Shown: positions 17,071 through 26,217 of the stretch, one piece after another
How the letters are laid out: each line of letters begins with the position of its first letter
How positions within the stretch are numbered: position 1 is the first letter of the stretch
NCBI GenBank assembly: GCA_964345445.1
Contig: CAYFQT010000024.1
Coordinates: forward strand, 4,634 to 68,633
From: an uncultured Candidatus Saccharibacteria bacterium
Lineage (GTDB): Bacteria; Patescibacteriota; CPR2_A; CAYFQT01
DNA length: 64,000 nt
Direction of reading: 5' to 3'
Translations under genes and position numbers: made by a program
Notes under the pieces: generated by a model
What the model saw: only the letters and a program-made list of their open reading frames with translations
Told to the model about the DNA's origin: nothing
The model's database searches: none

Positions 17071-17158
17071 TATTATATAGACTATTGACTATGATCTACA
17101 GTCTACAAATTACTGATTAAATTAAAATAATAAAATAATAAAAGGTCTATGTCTTTCT

Positions 17159-17704
17159 ATGACCATCGGGAAAATAGGGAAAACTATGCCAAAAGAAAAA
17201 AAAGCAACTATTCCAAAAAAAACGGGACAGGTAAAAAAACAAAAAAAACCGCAAAAACTACAGAAGAAAATAATTTCTTCAAAAGAGAAGGTTGAACAAA
17301 AGTCTTCTATCTCAAAGAAGAAATACTTTTATGCTGTTGGTAGAAGAAAATGTGCAGAAGCTCAGGTGCGTTTATATTCAGGAAAGGGGGAGATAATAAT
17401 AAATAATAAACCATGTAGGGAATATTTTCCTACTTTTTTTCTTCAGAAGATTATATATCAACCTCTTTTACTTGTAGGAGGTGAAAAAAAATTTAATATA
17501 GAAGTTAAGACAAAAGGTGGGGGTATGCGAGGTCAAGCTGAAGCTATTCGTCTGGGTATAGCCCGGGCTTTATTAAATTTTGATAAAAATCTAAAGAAGA
17601 CTGTGAAAAAAGCTGGATTCCTAACTCGTGATCCTAGAAAAAAAGAACGCAAAAAATATGGATATAGAGGGGCCCGTAGGGGTCGCCAGTTTAGAAAGAG
17701 ATAG
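17159..17704 (+). CDS. rpsI: 30S ribosomal protein S9 with ~50-aa Lys-rich N-terminal extension
   Basis: YFYAVGRRKCAEAQVRLYSGKG...GGGMRGQAEAIRLGIARALL...YGYRGARRGRQFRKR is the S9 signature. An alternative in-frame start is at 17186. Confidence 0.85.
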   Translation: MTIGKIGKTMPKEKKATIPKKTGQVKKQKKPQKLQKKIISSKEKVEQKSSISKKKYFYAVGRRKCAEAQVRLYSGKGEIIINNKPCREYFPTFFLQKIIYQPLLLVGGEKKFNIEVKTKGGGMRGQAEAIRLGIARALLNFDKNLKKTVKKAGFLTRDPRKKERKKYGYRGARRGRQFRKR

Positions 17705-18004
17705 TCATAGATAAGAAGCAAAAATCCTAAATACGAAATTCTAAACCCTAAACAATATCAAATTACCAAATGACCAAAATACCAAAGGGCTGAAGAACAA
17801 AGATTGTTATTAAGCTTACCTTTAGGAAATCGGAGGGTTATTACATTAATAATTTATTTAGTTTAGAACATTTGAATTTAGATATTAGGATTTGTTTAGA
17901 AATTAGATATTAGAAATTAGTATTTATTTCATCATATTGAGAAGTTAAGTTATATTTTTATATATGATAGTAACATAAGTTAGTGACCAAATTAGTAACT
18001 CATT
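17705..18004 (+). repeat. Family-5 element (aaaatcctaaatacgaaattctaaaccctaaacaatatc ... gaatttagatattaggatttgtttagaaattagatattagaaattagtattt)
   Basis: Left and right arms reverse-complementary. Fills the rpsI-cdaA spacer. Confidence 0.7.
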
Positions 18005-18883
18005 ATGCTTGAAGAATTTTTACAAGATTTACAACAATTATTTTCTAATATAAGCAATCCTTTCTCTTATAGTTTTGGTTTAAGGAGTAATTATTTATTT
18101 ACTATTTTAGATATAGTAATTGTAGCTTTACTTTTTTATTGGTTGTATATTTTAATTCGAGGCACAAAAGCTATCCGTATACTCTTAGGGATAGTGGTTT
18201 TAGTTGTTGTTATGATGATAAGTAGAATTTTAGGGTTGATTACTTTAAATTGGCTATTGCGATATTTGGTTACTATGCTAATTATTGCTATTCCTATTGT
18301 TTTTCAGCCAGAGTTACGAAGGGCTTTAGAAAAAATTGGACGAACCGGTTTTTTAGGGAGTCTTCGTTCAAATGAAGATAAATTAGAATATATTGTAGAT
18401 GAGATTATAAAAGCAATTGGTGAGATGTCTAAAAATAAAATTGGAGGTTTGTTAGTTTTAAAACGAAAGACTGAATTGGGAGAATATGTTGATACAGGTA
18501 CAAAAATTGACGGCAGGTTATCTTCTGAGTTAATTTTAAACATATTTTTTCCTCATTCCCCCTTACATGATGGAGCTATAATTATTGATGGTGATAAAGT
18601 TCTGTCAGCTGGTTCTATGTTACCACTTTCTGAGGAAGGAAAATTATCTTTTAATTTTGGTACAAGACACAGAGCCGCTCTAGGACTTTCTTTAGAAACT
18701 GATGCAGTGATAATTGTTATTTCAGAAGAGAAAGGTACTGTTTCTCTAGTATCTGAGGGCAAAATTACTAAGGATATAGATATTCCAAAATTACAAAAAA
18801 TACTTTTGAAGTTATTAAAAACCGACCAGAAAAAAGTTGGCCGGTCTTTTTTAAAAAAGGAAAGAAGAAAAACTAGAAGCTAA
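18005..18883 (+). CDS. cdaA: Diadenylate cyclase CdaA (DAC domain with N-terminal TM helices)
   Basis: DAC motifs HSPLHDGAIIIDGDKVLSAG and GTRHRAALGLSLETDAVIIVISEEKGTVSL. Three N-terminal TM segments are predicted. Confidence 0.8.
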   Translation: MLEEFLQDLQQLFSNISNPFSYSFGLRSNYLFTILDIVIVALLFYWLYILIRGTKAIRILLGIVVLVVVMMISRILGLITLNWLLRYLVTMLIIAIPIVFQPELRRALEKIGRTGFLGSLRSNEDKLEYIVDEIIKAIGEMSKNKIGGLLVLKRKTELGEYVDTGTKIDGRLSSELILNIFFPHSPLHDGAIIIDGDKVLSAGSMLPLSEEGKLSFNFGTRHRAALGLSLETDAVIIVISEEKGTVSLVSEGKITKDIDIPKLQKILLKLLKTDQKKVGRSFLKKERRKTRS

Positions 18884-18956
18884 TAATAACTAATAATTTT
18901 TATCCACCCCTGCCTGTCGGCAGACAGGCTTGGTGGAAATAACTAATAACCATACT

Positions 18957-20120
18957 ATGAGATTTTTTACAAAAAATATAGGTGTTAAAATTTTGGCTTT
19001 AGTTTTTGCTACCTCCCTGTGGGTATATGTAACCTCTGGAGAGGCTAAAACAGCTTCCTTCCCAGGTAGTATTCCTATCGAGGTAAGAAATACACCCAAA
19101 GATACTGCTTTAGTTGAGGAAATAGAAGATTTAAATTTAAAAATTAAAGCCCCTTATACTAGTTGGCAAAATCTTTCTGTTGATGATTTTACAGCTTATA
19201 TAGATTTAGAAGATTTAGAACAAGGAGCTTACAAAATAGATGTAGAGGTACAAGTTTCTGATCCACAAGTCCAAATTATAGAGAAAAACCCTTCACGAGT
19301 TTCTGTTCGTTTAGATCCTGTTGAAACAAAAAAAGTACCTGTTTCTGTAAAAATAGAAGGGGAGGCAGGTGAAGGTTTTGCTCCGGGAGAACCTAAAGTA
19401 GATACTGAAGAAGTAGAAATTAAAGGAGCAAAAACCAAGGTTGAAGAAGTTTCTTATGCCACTGCACCTGTTAAATTAGAGGGGGAAATGGCTAAAATTG
19501 AGAAATCAGTAAGGCTTACAGCTTTTGATTCCAGAGGCAAAGAGATAAAAAATATTATTTTTACTCCTGGTGTTGTTAAAGTTGCTATAAACATTGAACC
19601 AGCGGCTAATGTAAAAAATGTAGGTATAAAAGTAAATATAGTTGGTCAACCCAAAGCAGGTTACTGGGTTTCTAAAGTGACTACACAACCTGCCACAGTT
19701 AATATAAAAGGTGACCAAGAAGTAATGGAAAAAATTGAGTATTTAGAAACAGCCAATATAGATGTGAGTAATTTATCTTCAGGAATAAACAAAACAGCTG
19801 TTTTGTCTTTGCCAGAGGGGATAAGTTTAGTAGATGCTGATTTTAATATTTCCGTGAGAATTTATATATCCCAGGATTTAACTACTCGTACTATCCCAGC
19901 TAGTTTTACATTTTCTGGCGCTGGGTCTACTTCTAATATTGTTAATGTTACAGTCAGCGGTCCTTCATCTTCTGTAGATTCTTTAACTTCAGACAATATA
20001 GTGATTAATATAGGAGATAATATGGGAAATATTTCCATAACAAAAGATATGATTTCAGTTCCTTCTGATATAGAAATTATTGACTTTTCTCCCAAAGTGA
20101 TAAATGTGATTGTGGAATAA
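18957..20120 (+). CDS. cdaR: YbbR-like domain protein CdaR (regulator of CdaA)
   Basis: Signal-anchor then repeated YbbR-like beta modules, immediately downstream of cdaA in the conserved cdaA-cdaR arrangement. ATG 18957 is in frame with the track's TTG 18930. Confidence 0.7.
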   Translation: MRFFTKNIGVKILALVFATSLWVYVTSGEAKTASFPGSIPIEVRNTPKDTALVEEIEDLNLKIKAPYTSWQNLSVDDFTAYIDLEDLEQGAYKIDVEVQVSDPQVQIIEKNPSRVSVRLDPVETKKVPVSVKIEGEAGEGFAPGEPKVDTEEVEIKGAKTKVEEVSYATAPVKLEGEMAKIEKSVRLTAFDSRGKEIKNIIFTPGVVKVAINIEPAANVKNVGIKVNIVGQPKAGYWVSKVTTQPATVNIKGDQEVMEKIEYLETANIDVSNLSSGINKTAVLSLPEGISLVDADFNISVRIYISQDLTTRTIPASFTFSGAGSTSNIVNVTVSGPSSSVDSLTSDNIVINIGDNMGNISITKDMISVPSDIEIIDFSPKVINVIVE

Positions 20121-20198
20121 TCTGGTTGCTAAGTTTAATAAATTGCTAAAGTAATAAGGTTAAAGGCGATAAGTTTAAATATTGTTATTTGGATTTTT

Positions 20199-20226
20199 AC
20201 ACCCTTTTGGGTGTTTTTATTTTTTA
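20199..20226 (+). terminator. Rho-independent terminator after cdaR
   Basis: acaccc tttt gggtgt followed by tttttatttttt. Confidence 0.6.
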
Positions 20227-20327
20227 GGGTTTAAGATTGGGAGAGTTTTTAGTATAATGGTAGTATAAAATATAATTAGTTTTGATCTACCAGCCGGTCC
20301 GCCAGCCGGCGGAAAAAAGGGAGAAAT

Positions 20328-23207
20328 ATGTTCAAAAAAGTTAAATCTCAAGTTAATTTTCCTAAATTGGAGGAAAAAATTCTTCAATTTTGGAAGAAAA
20401 ACAAGATTTTTAAAAAAAGTCTGAGGCGGCGCAAAGATGCCAAAAATTTTGTTTTTTATGAAGGCCCACCTACAGCTAACGGCAAACCAGGGTCTCATCA
20501 TGTCCTATCCCGTGTTTTTAAAGATGTCATTCCCCGTTATAAAACAATGTGTGGATTTTATGTGGAAAGAAAAGGAGGATGGGATACCCATGGATTGCCA
20601 GTCGAGTTAGAAGTAGAAAAAGAAATTGGAATATCCGGAAAGCCAGAAATTGAAAAATATGGAATTGCTAAATTTAATAAAAAATGTAAACAAAGCGTTT
20701 TTAAATATGAAAAAGAATGGAAAAGAATGACTCAAAGAGTTGGTTTTTGGTTGGATATGGATAATCCTTACATTACTTATAGTAATGATTATATGGAGTC
20801 TGTATGGTGGGTAATAAAACAGATTTGGGACAAAGGCTTACTTTTTCGAGATTATAAAGTAGTTCCTTGGTGCCCTCGTTGTGGGACTGCCTTATCTTCA
20901 CATGAAGTAGCTTTAGGTTATCAGGATATTACAGAACCTTCTATTTATATTAAATTTAAATTAGAGGGAGAAAAAAATACTTATTTATTAGCCTGGACAA
21001 CTACTCCATGGACTTTGCCAGGCAATGTAGCTTTAGCTATCAATCCAAAGATTAAATATGTAAAAGCGAAAGTAGGAAAAGAATATTTTATTTTAGCTAA
21101 ATCAAGAGTTGAGGTTTTAGATAATTATAAAATAGTAGAGGAAATCACAACCAGTGATTTATTGGGGAAGAAATATAAACCACTATTTACTTTTACAAAT
21201 CCTGAAAAACCTTGTTGGTGTGTAATTTCTGGAGATTTTGTCACAACAGAAGATGGCACAGGCATTGTTCATATTGCTCCGGCCTTTGGGGAAGATGACT
21301 TAAATGTAGGCAAAGAAAATGATTTGCCTTTGGTTTGTGATGTTAGTTCTGAAGGAAAATTTACTTCTTCTGTTAAACCATATGCAGGAATGTTTGTAAA
21401 AGATGCTGACCCAAAGATTATTAAAGATTTAAAAGATAAAGGAGTTTTATATAAAGAGGAGAAATTTACCCACACTTATCCATTTTGCTGGCGTTGTGAT
21501 ACACATCTTTTGTATTTTGCCAAAAAAACATGGTTTATCCGAATGTCTTCTCAAAGAGAAAAGTTAATAAAGAATAATCGAAAGATAAATTGGTATCCTT
21601 CTCATATTAAAAATGGCCGTTTTGGAGAGTGGATATCATCTGCTAAAGATTGGGCTTTACTTCGAGAAAGATATTGGGGAACGCCAATTCCTATATGGAA
21701 ATGTGAAAAATGTAAAAAATTTATTTGTATTGGTTCTAAAAAAGAACTAAGGACACAATCGCTAACTAAATTTTCTAAAGATTTAGACCTCCACAGGCCC
21801 TACATTGATAAAATTAAATTAAGATGTAAATGTGGAGGCCACGCTTTTAGACTACCTTTTGTAATTGATTGTTGGTTTGATTCAGGTTCTATGCCTTATG
21901 CCCAATGGCATTATCCTTTTGAAAATCAAGAAAAGTTTAAAAAGCAGTTTCCTGCTGATTTTATTTCTGAAGCTATTGATCAAACAAGGGGTTGGTTTTA
22001 TACTCTTTTAGCAATTTCCACTCTTCTAGATTTAGGCCCAACTTACAGGAATGTTATTTGTCTAGGACACATTTTGGATGAGGGAGGGGTAAAGATGTCT
22101 AAATCAAAAGGAAATGTGGTTGATCCATGGGTTGTGCTTGAAAAGCATGGTGCTGATGCTTTTCGTTGGTATATGTATACAGCGACTAGTCCCGGAGATT
22201 CACGATGTTTCTCCGTTAATTTAGTTGAAGAAGTTGTGCGTAAATTTCTATCTACTTTGTGGAATACCTATTCATTTTTTATAATTTATGCAAAGATAGA
22301 TAAATTTGTTCCCAAAAATTCAAGTATATTCCATAAAAAGAGAGCTTTACTGGATAGATGGATTCTGTCAAAATTAAATGAGTTAGTTTTAAATATTAAT
22401 AAGAAAATGGATAATTATGACATCACATCAGCAGGTAGGGAGTTAGAAAAATTCATAGATGAACTTTCTAATTGGTATGTTAGAAGATCAAGAAGGAGGT
22501 TTTGGAAATCAGAAAACGATAAGGATAAACAAACGGCCTACCAAACTTTATATGAAGTTTTAGTTACTTTATCTAAACTACTTGCGCCATTTACTCCTTT
22601 TATTTCTGAAGAAATATATCAGAATTTGGTTTACTCTGTGGATAGAAAAGCACCAGATAGTGTTCATCTTTGTGATTATCCAAAAGCAGATAAAAAGTTA
22701 ATTGATAATAAATTAAATCAACAAATGGATAGTGTAAGAAAGGTTGTAGAGGTAGCATTAGCGGAAAGAGCAGAAGCCGGGATTAAAGTCAGGCAACCTC
22801 TTGCTTCCTGTAGAATTTATGGGATTAAAAAGTTAAATAAAGAATTAAGCGATTTGATTATTGACGAGATAAATGTTAAAAAACTGGAATTTGTATCAGG
22901 TAAAGAATTAAGAGTCAAATTAGATACTAAATTGACTCATAAATTAAAACAAGAGGGCATATCGCGAGATATAGTGCGAGTAGTTCAACAAATGCGCAAA
23001 AAAGCTGATTTTAATATTTCCGATAGAATTACAACTTTCTATTATACCTCTGATAAAGAAATACTTTCTGCAGTTGTGAAACATAATGATTATATTAAAA
23101 AAGAGACCTTATCTTTAAATTTAATTTTTAAAAAAGAAACCAAGGTTGATATCCAAGGCGCAAAAAAGCTGGGTAAAAAACAAATTTGGTTAGGATTAAA
23201 GAAATAA
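20328..23207 (+). CDS. ileS: Isoleucyl-tRNA synthetase (type 2)
   Basis: FYEGPPTANGKPGSHHV at the HIGH position. Editing-site motif WTTTPWTLPGNVALAI. KMSKSKGN is present. Zinc knuckles CPRCGT and WRCDTH. Size is 959 aa. Confidence 0.85.
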   Translation: MFKKVKSQVNFPKLEEKILQFWKKNKIFKKSLRRRKDAKNFVFYEGPPTANGKPGSHHVLSRVFKDVIPRYKTMCGFYVERKGGWDTHGLPVELEVEKEIGISGKPEIEKYGIAKFNKKCKQSVFKYEKEWKRMTQRVGFWLDMDNPYITYSNDYMESVWWVIKQIWDKGLLFRDYKVVPWCPRCGTALSSHEVALGYQDITEPSIYIKFKLEGEKNTYLLAWTTTPWTLPGNVALAINPKIKYVKAKVGKEYFILAKSRVEVLDNYKIVEEITTSDLLGKKYKPLFTFTNPEKPCWCVISGDFVTTEDGTGIVHIAPAFGEDDLNVGKENDLPLVCDVSSEGKFTSSVKPYAGMFVKDADPKIIKDLKDKGVLYKEEKFTHTYPFCWRCDTHLLYFAKKTWFIRMSSQREKLIKNNRKINWYPSHIKNGRFGEWISSAKDWALLRERYWGTPIPIWKCEKCKKFICIGSKKELRTQSLTKFSKDLDLHRPYIDKIKLRCKCGGHAFRLPFVIDCWFDSGSMPYAQWHYPFENQEKFKKQFPADFISEAIDQTRGWFYTLLAISTLLDLGPTYRNVICLGHILDEGGVKMSKSKGNVVDPWVVLEKHGADAFRWYMYTATSPGDSRCFSVNLVEEVVRKFLSTLWNTYSFFIIYAKIDKFVPKNSSIFHKKRALLDRWILSKLNELVLNINKKMDNYDITSAGRELEKFIDELSNWYVRRSRRRFWKSENDKDKQTAYQTLYEVLVTLSKLLAPFTPFISEEIYQNLVYSVDRKAPDSVHLCDYPKADKKLIDNKLNQQMDSVRKVVEVALAERAEAGIKVRQPLASCRIYGIKKLNKELSDLIIDEINVKKLEFVSGKELRVKLDTKLTHKLKQEGISRDIVRVVQQMRKKADFNISDRITTFYYTSDKEILSAVVKHNDYIKKETLSLNLIFKKETKVDIQGAKKLGKKQIWLGLKK

Positions 23208-23312
23208 TGTTCGCCTCGGTAAATAACGGGGCGGAAGAGGAGTAGTGAGCTGTAGACGGTAGTGATTTTTCAACGAAAATCATGGAAGTCGGAAGTTCAC
23301 TCCGACGAGACA

Positions 23313-24431
23313 ATGGCTTTTAATAAAATTAAAGTAAAAATTAGAGATTTTGATTGGATTATAGCAATTTTAAGTATAATTTTAGCTACTATAGGGGTTG
23401 TAATAATTTATAGTATTACTGTTGGCAAAGAAGGTAATTCTTTTCCTCAGTTAGCTGTCAATCAGATAGTTTTTGTTTGTTTAGGTATATTGACGATGGT
23501 TTTTTTTGTTTTTTTTGATTATAGATTGCTTAAAAATTTTACTGCTGTGTTATATTTTTTAATGATTGCTCTTTTAGTATTAGTATTATTTATAGGAAAA
23601 GGTGCAGGGGGTGCTACTCGCTGGATTAATTTAGGTTTTTTTCAATTACAACCCTCAGAGATTTCTAAAATAATTTTAATTATTGTCTTAGCAAAATACT
23701 TTTCTTCACATCAAAAAGATATTTATAAATTTCGCCACATTGTTATCTCAGGAATATTTGTCGCTGTTCCTCTGTTTTTGGTAGCTTCTCAACCTGATTT
23801 AGGAACAGCTTTAGTTTTTGTAGTTATTTGGGGTGGAATGCTTTTAATCTCAGGGATTAGAAATATATATATTTTCTTAACTAGTATTTTAGGTTTAGCT
23901 TTCCTGCCTATTTTTTGGTATTTTTTAAAAGACTATCAAAAAAATAGAATTTTGACTTTTTTAAATCCTACAGCTGATCCTTTGGGAGAAGGATATAATG
24001 TTATTCAGTCTAAGATTGCTATTGGTTCAGGAAAGCTTTTGGGAAGAGGATTAGGTCATGGCTCACAAAGTTATCTTAATTTTTTACCACAGGCTGCTCA
24101 ACACACAGATTTTATTTTTGCTGTTTTAGCTGAAGAATTGGGATTTTTAGGGGCAATTTTACTTCTTGGGCTATTTTTTATTCTTCTTATAAGAGGATTA
24201 AGAATAGCAAGACTTGCCCGAGATAATTTTGGGATGCTCTTGAGCATGGGGATTGTGGTTATGTTTACTTTCCAAATTTTAATTAATGTAGGAATGAATC
24301 TCGGTCTTATGCCTATAACGGGAATTCCTTTGCCTTTTGTAAGTTATGGAGGTAGTTCAATGGTTTTAGTATTTTGTGCCTTGGGAATCCTGCAGAATGT
24401 TATTGTTCGTCATCGTCAAATTGCATTTTAA
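23313..24431 (+). CDS. SEDS-family peptidoglycan glycosyltransferase (FtsW/RodA)
   Basis: 10-TM protein with SEDS motifs GATRWINLGFFQLQPSE and PDLGTALVF. ATG 23313 is in frame with the track start. Confidence 0.8.
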   Translation: MAFNKIKVKIRDFDWIIAILSIILATIGVVIIYSITVGKEGNSFPQLAVNQIVFVCLGILTMVFFVFFDYRLLKNFTAVLYFLMIALLVLVLFIGKGAGGATRWINLGFFQLQPSEISKIILIIVLAKYFSSHQKDIYKFRHIVISGIFVAVPLFLVASQPDLGTALVFVVIWGGMLLISGIRNIYIFLTSILGLAFLPIFWYFLKDYQKNRILTFLNPTADPLGEGYNVIQSKIAIGSGKLLGRGLGHGSQSYLNFLPQAAQHTDFIFAVLAEELGFLGAILLLGLFFILLIRGLRIARLARDNFGMLLSMGIVVMFTFQILINVGMNLGLMPITGIPLPFVSYGGSSMVLVFCALGILQNVIVRHRQIAF

Positions 24432-24627
24432 ATATGTAATTACTGTAGGAGACCTCCTCCTATTAAGCCATAGTAACCATTAGTAACCTCTAGTAACTTA
24501 TAGCAACTTCTAGTAACCTCTATTTATTTAACCTATATTAACTATCTGAATAATGGTTGACGATATAAAGACTATTTGTTATTATATGATCGTTATAAAT
24601 TTTAATCACTAAATAGAGAAGATAAAA
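24432..24627 (+). repeat. Word-array spacer, private dialect (tagtaacc / tagtaact repeats)
   Basis: ccatagtaaccattagtaacctctagtaacttatagcaacttctagtaacctctattt. Confidence 0.55.
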
Positions 24628-25089
24628 ATGCCTACAAAAAAATCTACTTCTACCTCTAAATCAGAACACCGTTTTAAAAAAAATAGGGCAAGGAAAAACA
24701 AAACGAAGGTTAATAAGAAAAAATCTACAAAAAAAATTGCCAAAAAAACTAAGAAGAAACTCGTTGAACCTTCTTTGTTTGCTGTTATAAAAACTGGGGG
24801 CAAACAATATAAATTAAAAGAAAAAGACATAATAAAAGTGAATAGGCTAGAGGCGAAAGAAGGGGATGAAGTAGAATTTAATGATGTATTGTTAATTGCT
24901 GATAAAGACAATATTAAAATTGGTACTCCTTGTGTTTCTAAAGCCAAAGTTAAAGCTCGTGTTTTAGAACAAGGGAAGGATAAAAAAATAATTGTCTTAA
25001 AATATAAACCCAAAAAACGTTATCGCAAAACCTATGGTCACAGGCAAAAATATACCAAGTTAGAGATTAAGAAGATATTAACAAAATAA
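24628..25089 (+). CDS. rplU: 50S ribosomal protein L21 with ~45-aa Lys-rich N-terminal extension
   Basis: FAVIKTGGKQYKLKEKDIIKVNRLEAKEGDEVEFNDVLLIAD...KIIVLKYKPKKRYRKTYGHRQKYTKLEI is the L21 signature. Confidence 0.9.
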   Translation: MPTKKSTSTSKSEHRFKKNRARKNKTKVNKKKSTKKIAKKTKKKLVEPSLFAVIKTGGKQYKLKEKDIIKVNRLEAKEGDEVEFNDVLLIADKDNIKIGTPCVSKAKVKARVLEQGKDKKIIVLKYKPKKRYRKTYGHRQKYTKLEIKKILTK

Positions 25090-25166
25090 TTTTTAAAAAG
25101 AGCCTATAGATTTGTAGACTCTTTTATATTATTTAATATCTTAAAAAATTGTGAAATGCCATCAGG

Positions 25167-25979
25167 CTATAATTGTGGTACTAAAGATTGTTGGTTTTGT
25201 AGGTTATATTCTGGGATTTGGATAATTTGCCAAGAGGAAAATGGCCAGGGTCTGATCCAAACTTTGCCGGCAATGTTGCTTTTAGAAACATTCCATCCTT
25301 CCCGAGAATCTCTAGATTGATTGGGTTCTCGGTTATCTCCTAAAACAAAATATTCATCGTCTTCCAAAGTTGTATATACATCACCTAAAGTTTCCACCTC
25401 TGGTTTAATATATGTTTCTTTTAATTTTACTCCCTTAGAATTTTCATCGTTATAAATGATAACATCTCCACCTTTTATTTCTACTTTTTCTCCTGGCAGT
25501 CCAATAATTCGTTTAATGAAATTCTTTTCAGGACTTTTAGGATATTTAAATACTATTACCTCACCTCGTCTAGGAGCTCTCAAGCGATAGGAAATTTTGT
25601 CAATTAAAAGATAATCACTTTCTGAAAAACTAGGCTCCATAGATGAACCTATAACTATAAATGGCTGAATTAGAAAAAAACGAATTAAAAAAGCAATTAT
25701 GAGTATTATATCTACAATTATTTTAGTACTATACCAACTAGAGAGAATTATAGGTTCTTCTGAGGTTGTTATAGAATAATTTCTAATAAAGTAATAAATA
25801 CTTAAAATTATTCCCACAGAAGCTAAAATAATAAAATTTATCAGTATTATATTTTCTACTGGTCCTAAAATATTTAAATTACGATTAAAATTATAAAAAA
25901 ATAAACCAGCAATTAAATTAATTAAAGCAATAGAAATGGATTTGATTCTCAGGTTCATTATTGCTCCCTTCGGTCGCAT
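25167..25979 (-). CDS. lepB: Signal peptidase I
   Basis: S26 motifs IVIGSSMEPSF, RGEVIVFKYP, IKRIIGLPGEKVEI and VLGDNREPNQSRDSREGW. Confidence 0.85.
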   Translation of the reverse strand: MRPKGAIMNLRIKSISIALINLIAGLFFYNFNRNLNILGPVENIILINFIILASVGIILSIYYFIRNYSITTSEEPIILSSWYSTKIIVDIILIIAFLIRFFLIQPFIVIGSSMEPSFSESDYLLIDKISYRLRAPRRGEVIVFKYPKSPEKNFIKRIIGLPGEKVEIKGGDVIIYNDENSKGVKLKETYIKPEVETLGDVYTTLEDDEYFVLGDNREPNQSRDSREGWNVSKSNIAGKVWIRPWPFSSWQIIQIPEYNLQNQQSLVPQL

Positions 25980-26060
25980 GTGTCAGACGTGTCAGATATA
26001 TTAAGTGTTTCAAAGGCTGTTATATTATATCCTTTGATACCCATAACACTTGTGATGTTT
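25980..26060 (+). repeat. Family-2 element upstream of minus-strand lepB
   Basis: tgtgtcagacgtgtcagatatattaagtgtttcaaaggctg...cctttgatacccataacacttgtgatgtttatgat. Confidence 0.65.
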
Positions 26061-26217
26061 ATGATAATTTAATTATACTGTAGAGATTATAGCATAAAAA
26101 TGCTTATCTTTCAATTTTTTTCTATTGTTTTTACTTTTTTTATGTTATAATATTCTAAGCCTAACTAATATGATGGGTCTTAATTTTTATATTTTAGTTT
26201 TTTAAAGGAATATATAA

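Noticed and set aside
25090-25166. Bidirectional terminator between rplU (plus strand) and lepB (minus strand)
   Set aside because: aaagagcctatagatttgtagactcttt gives only a 5-6-bp stem with a large loop. It is too weak to call.
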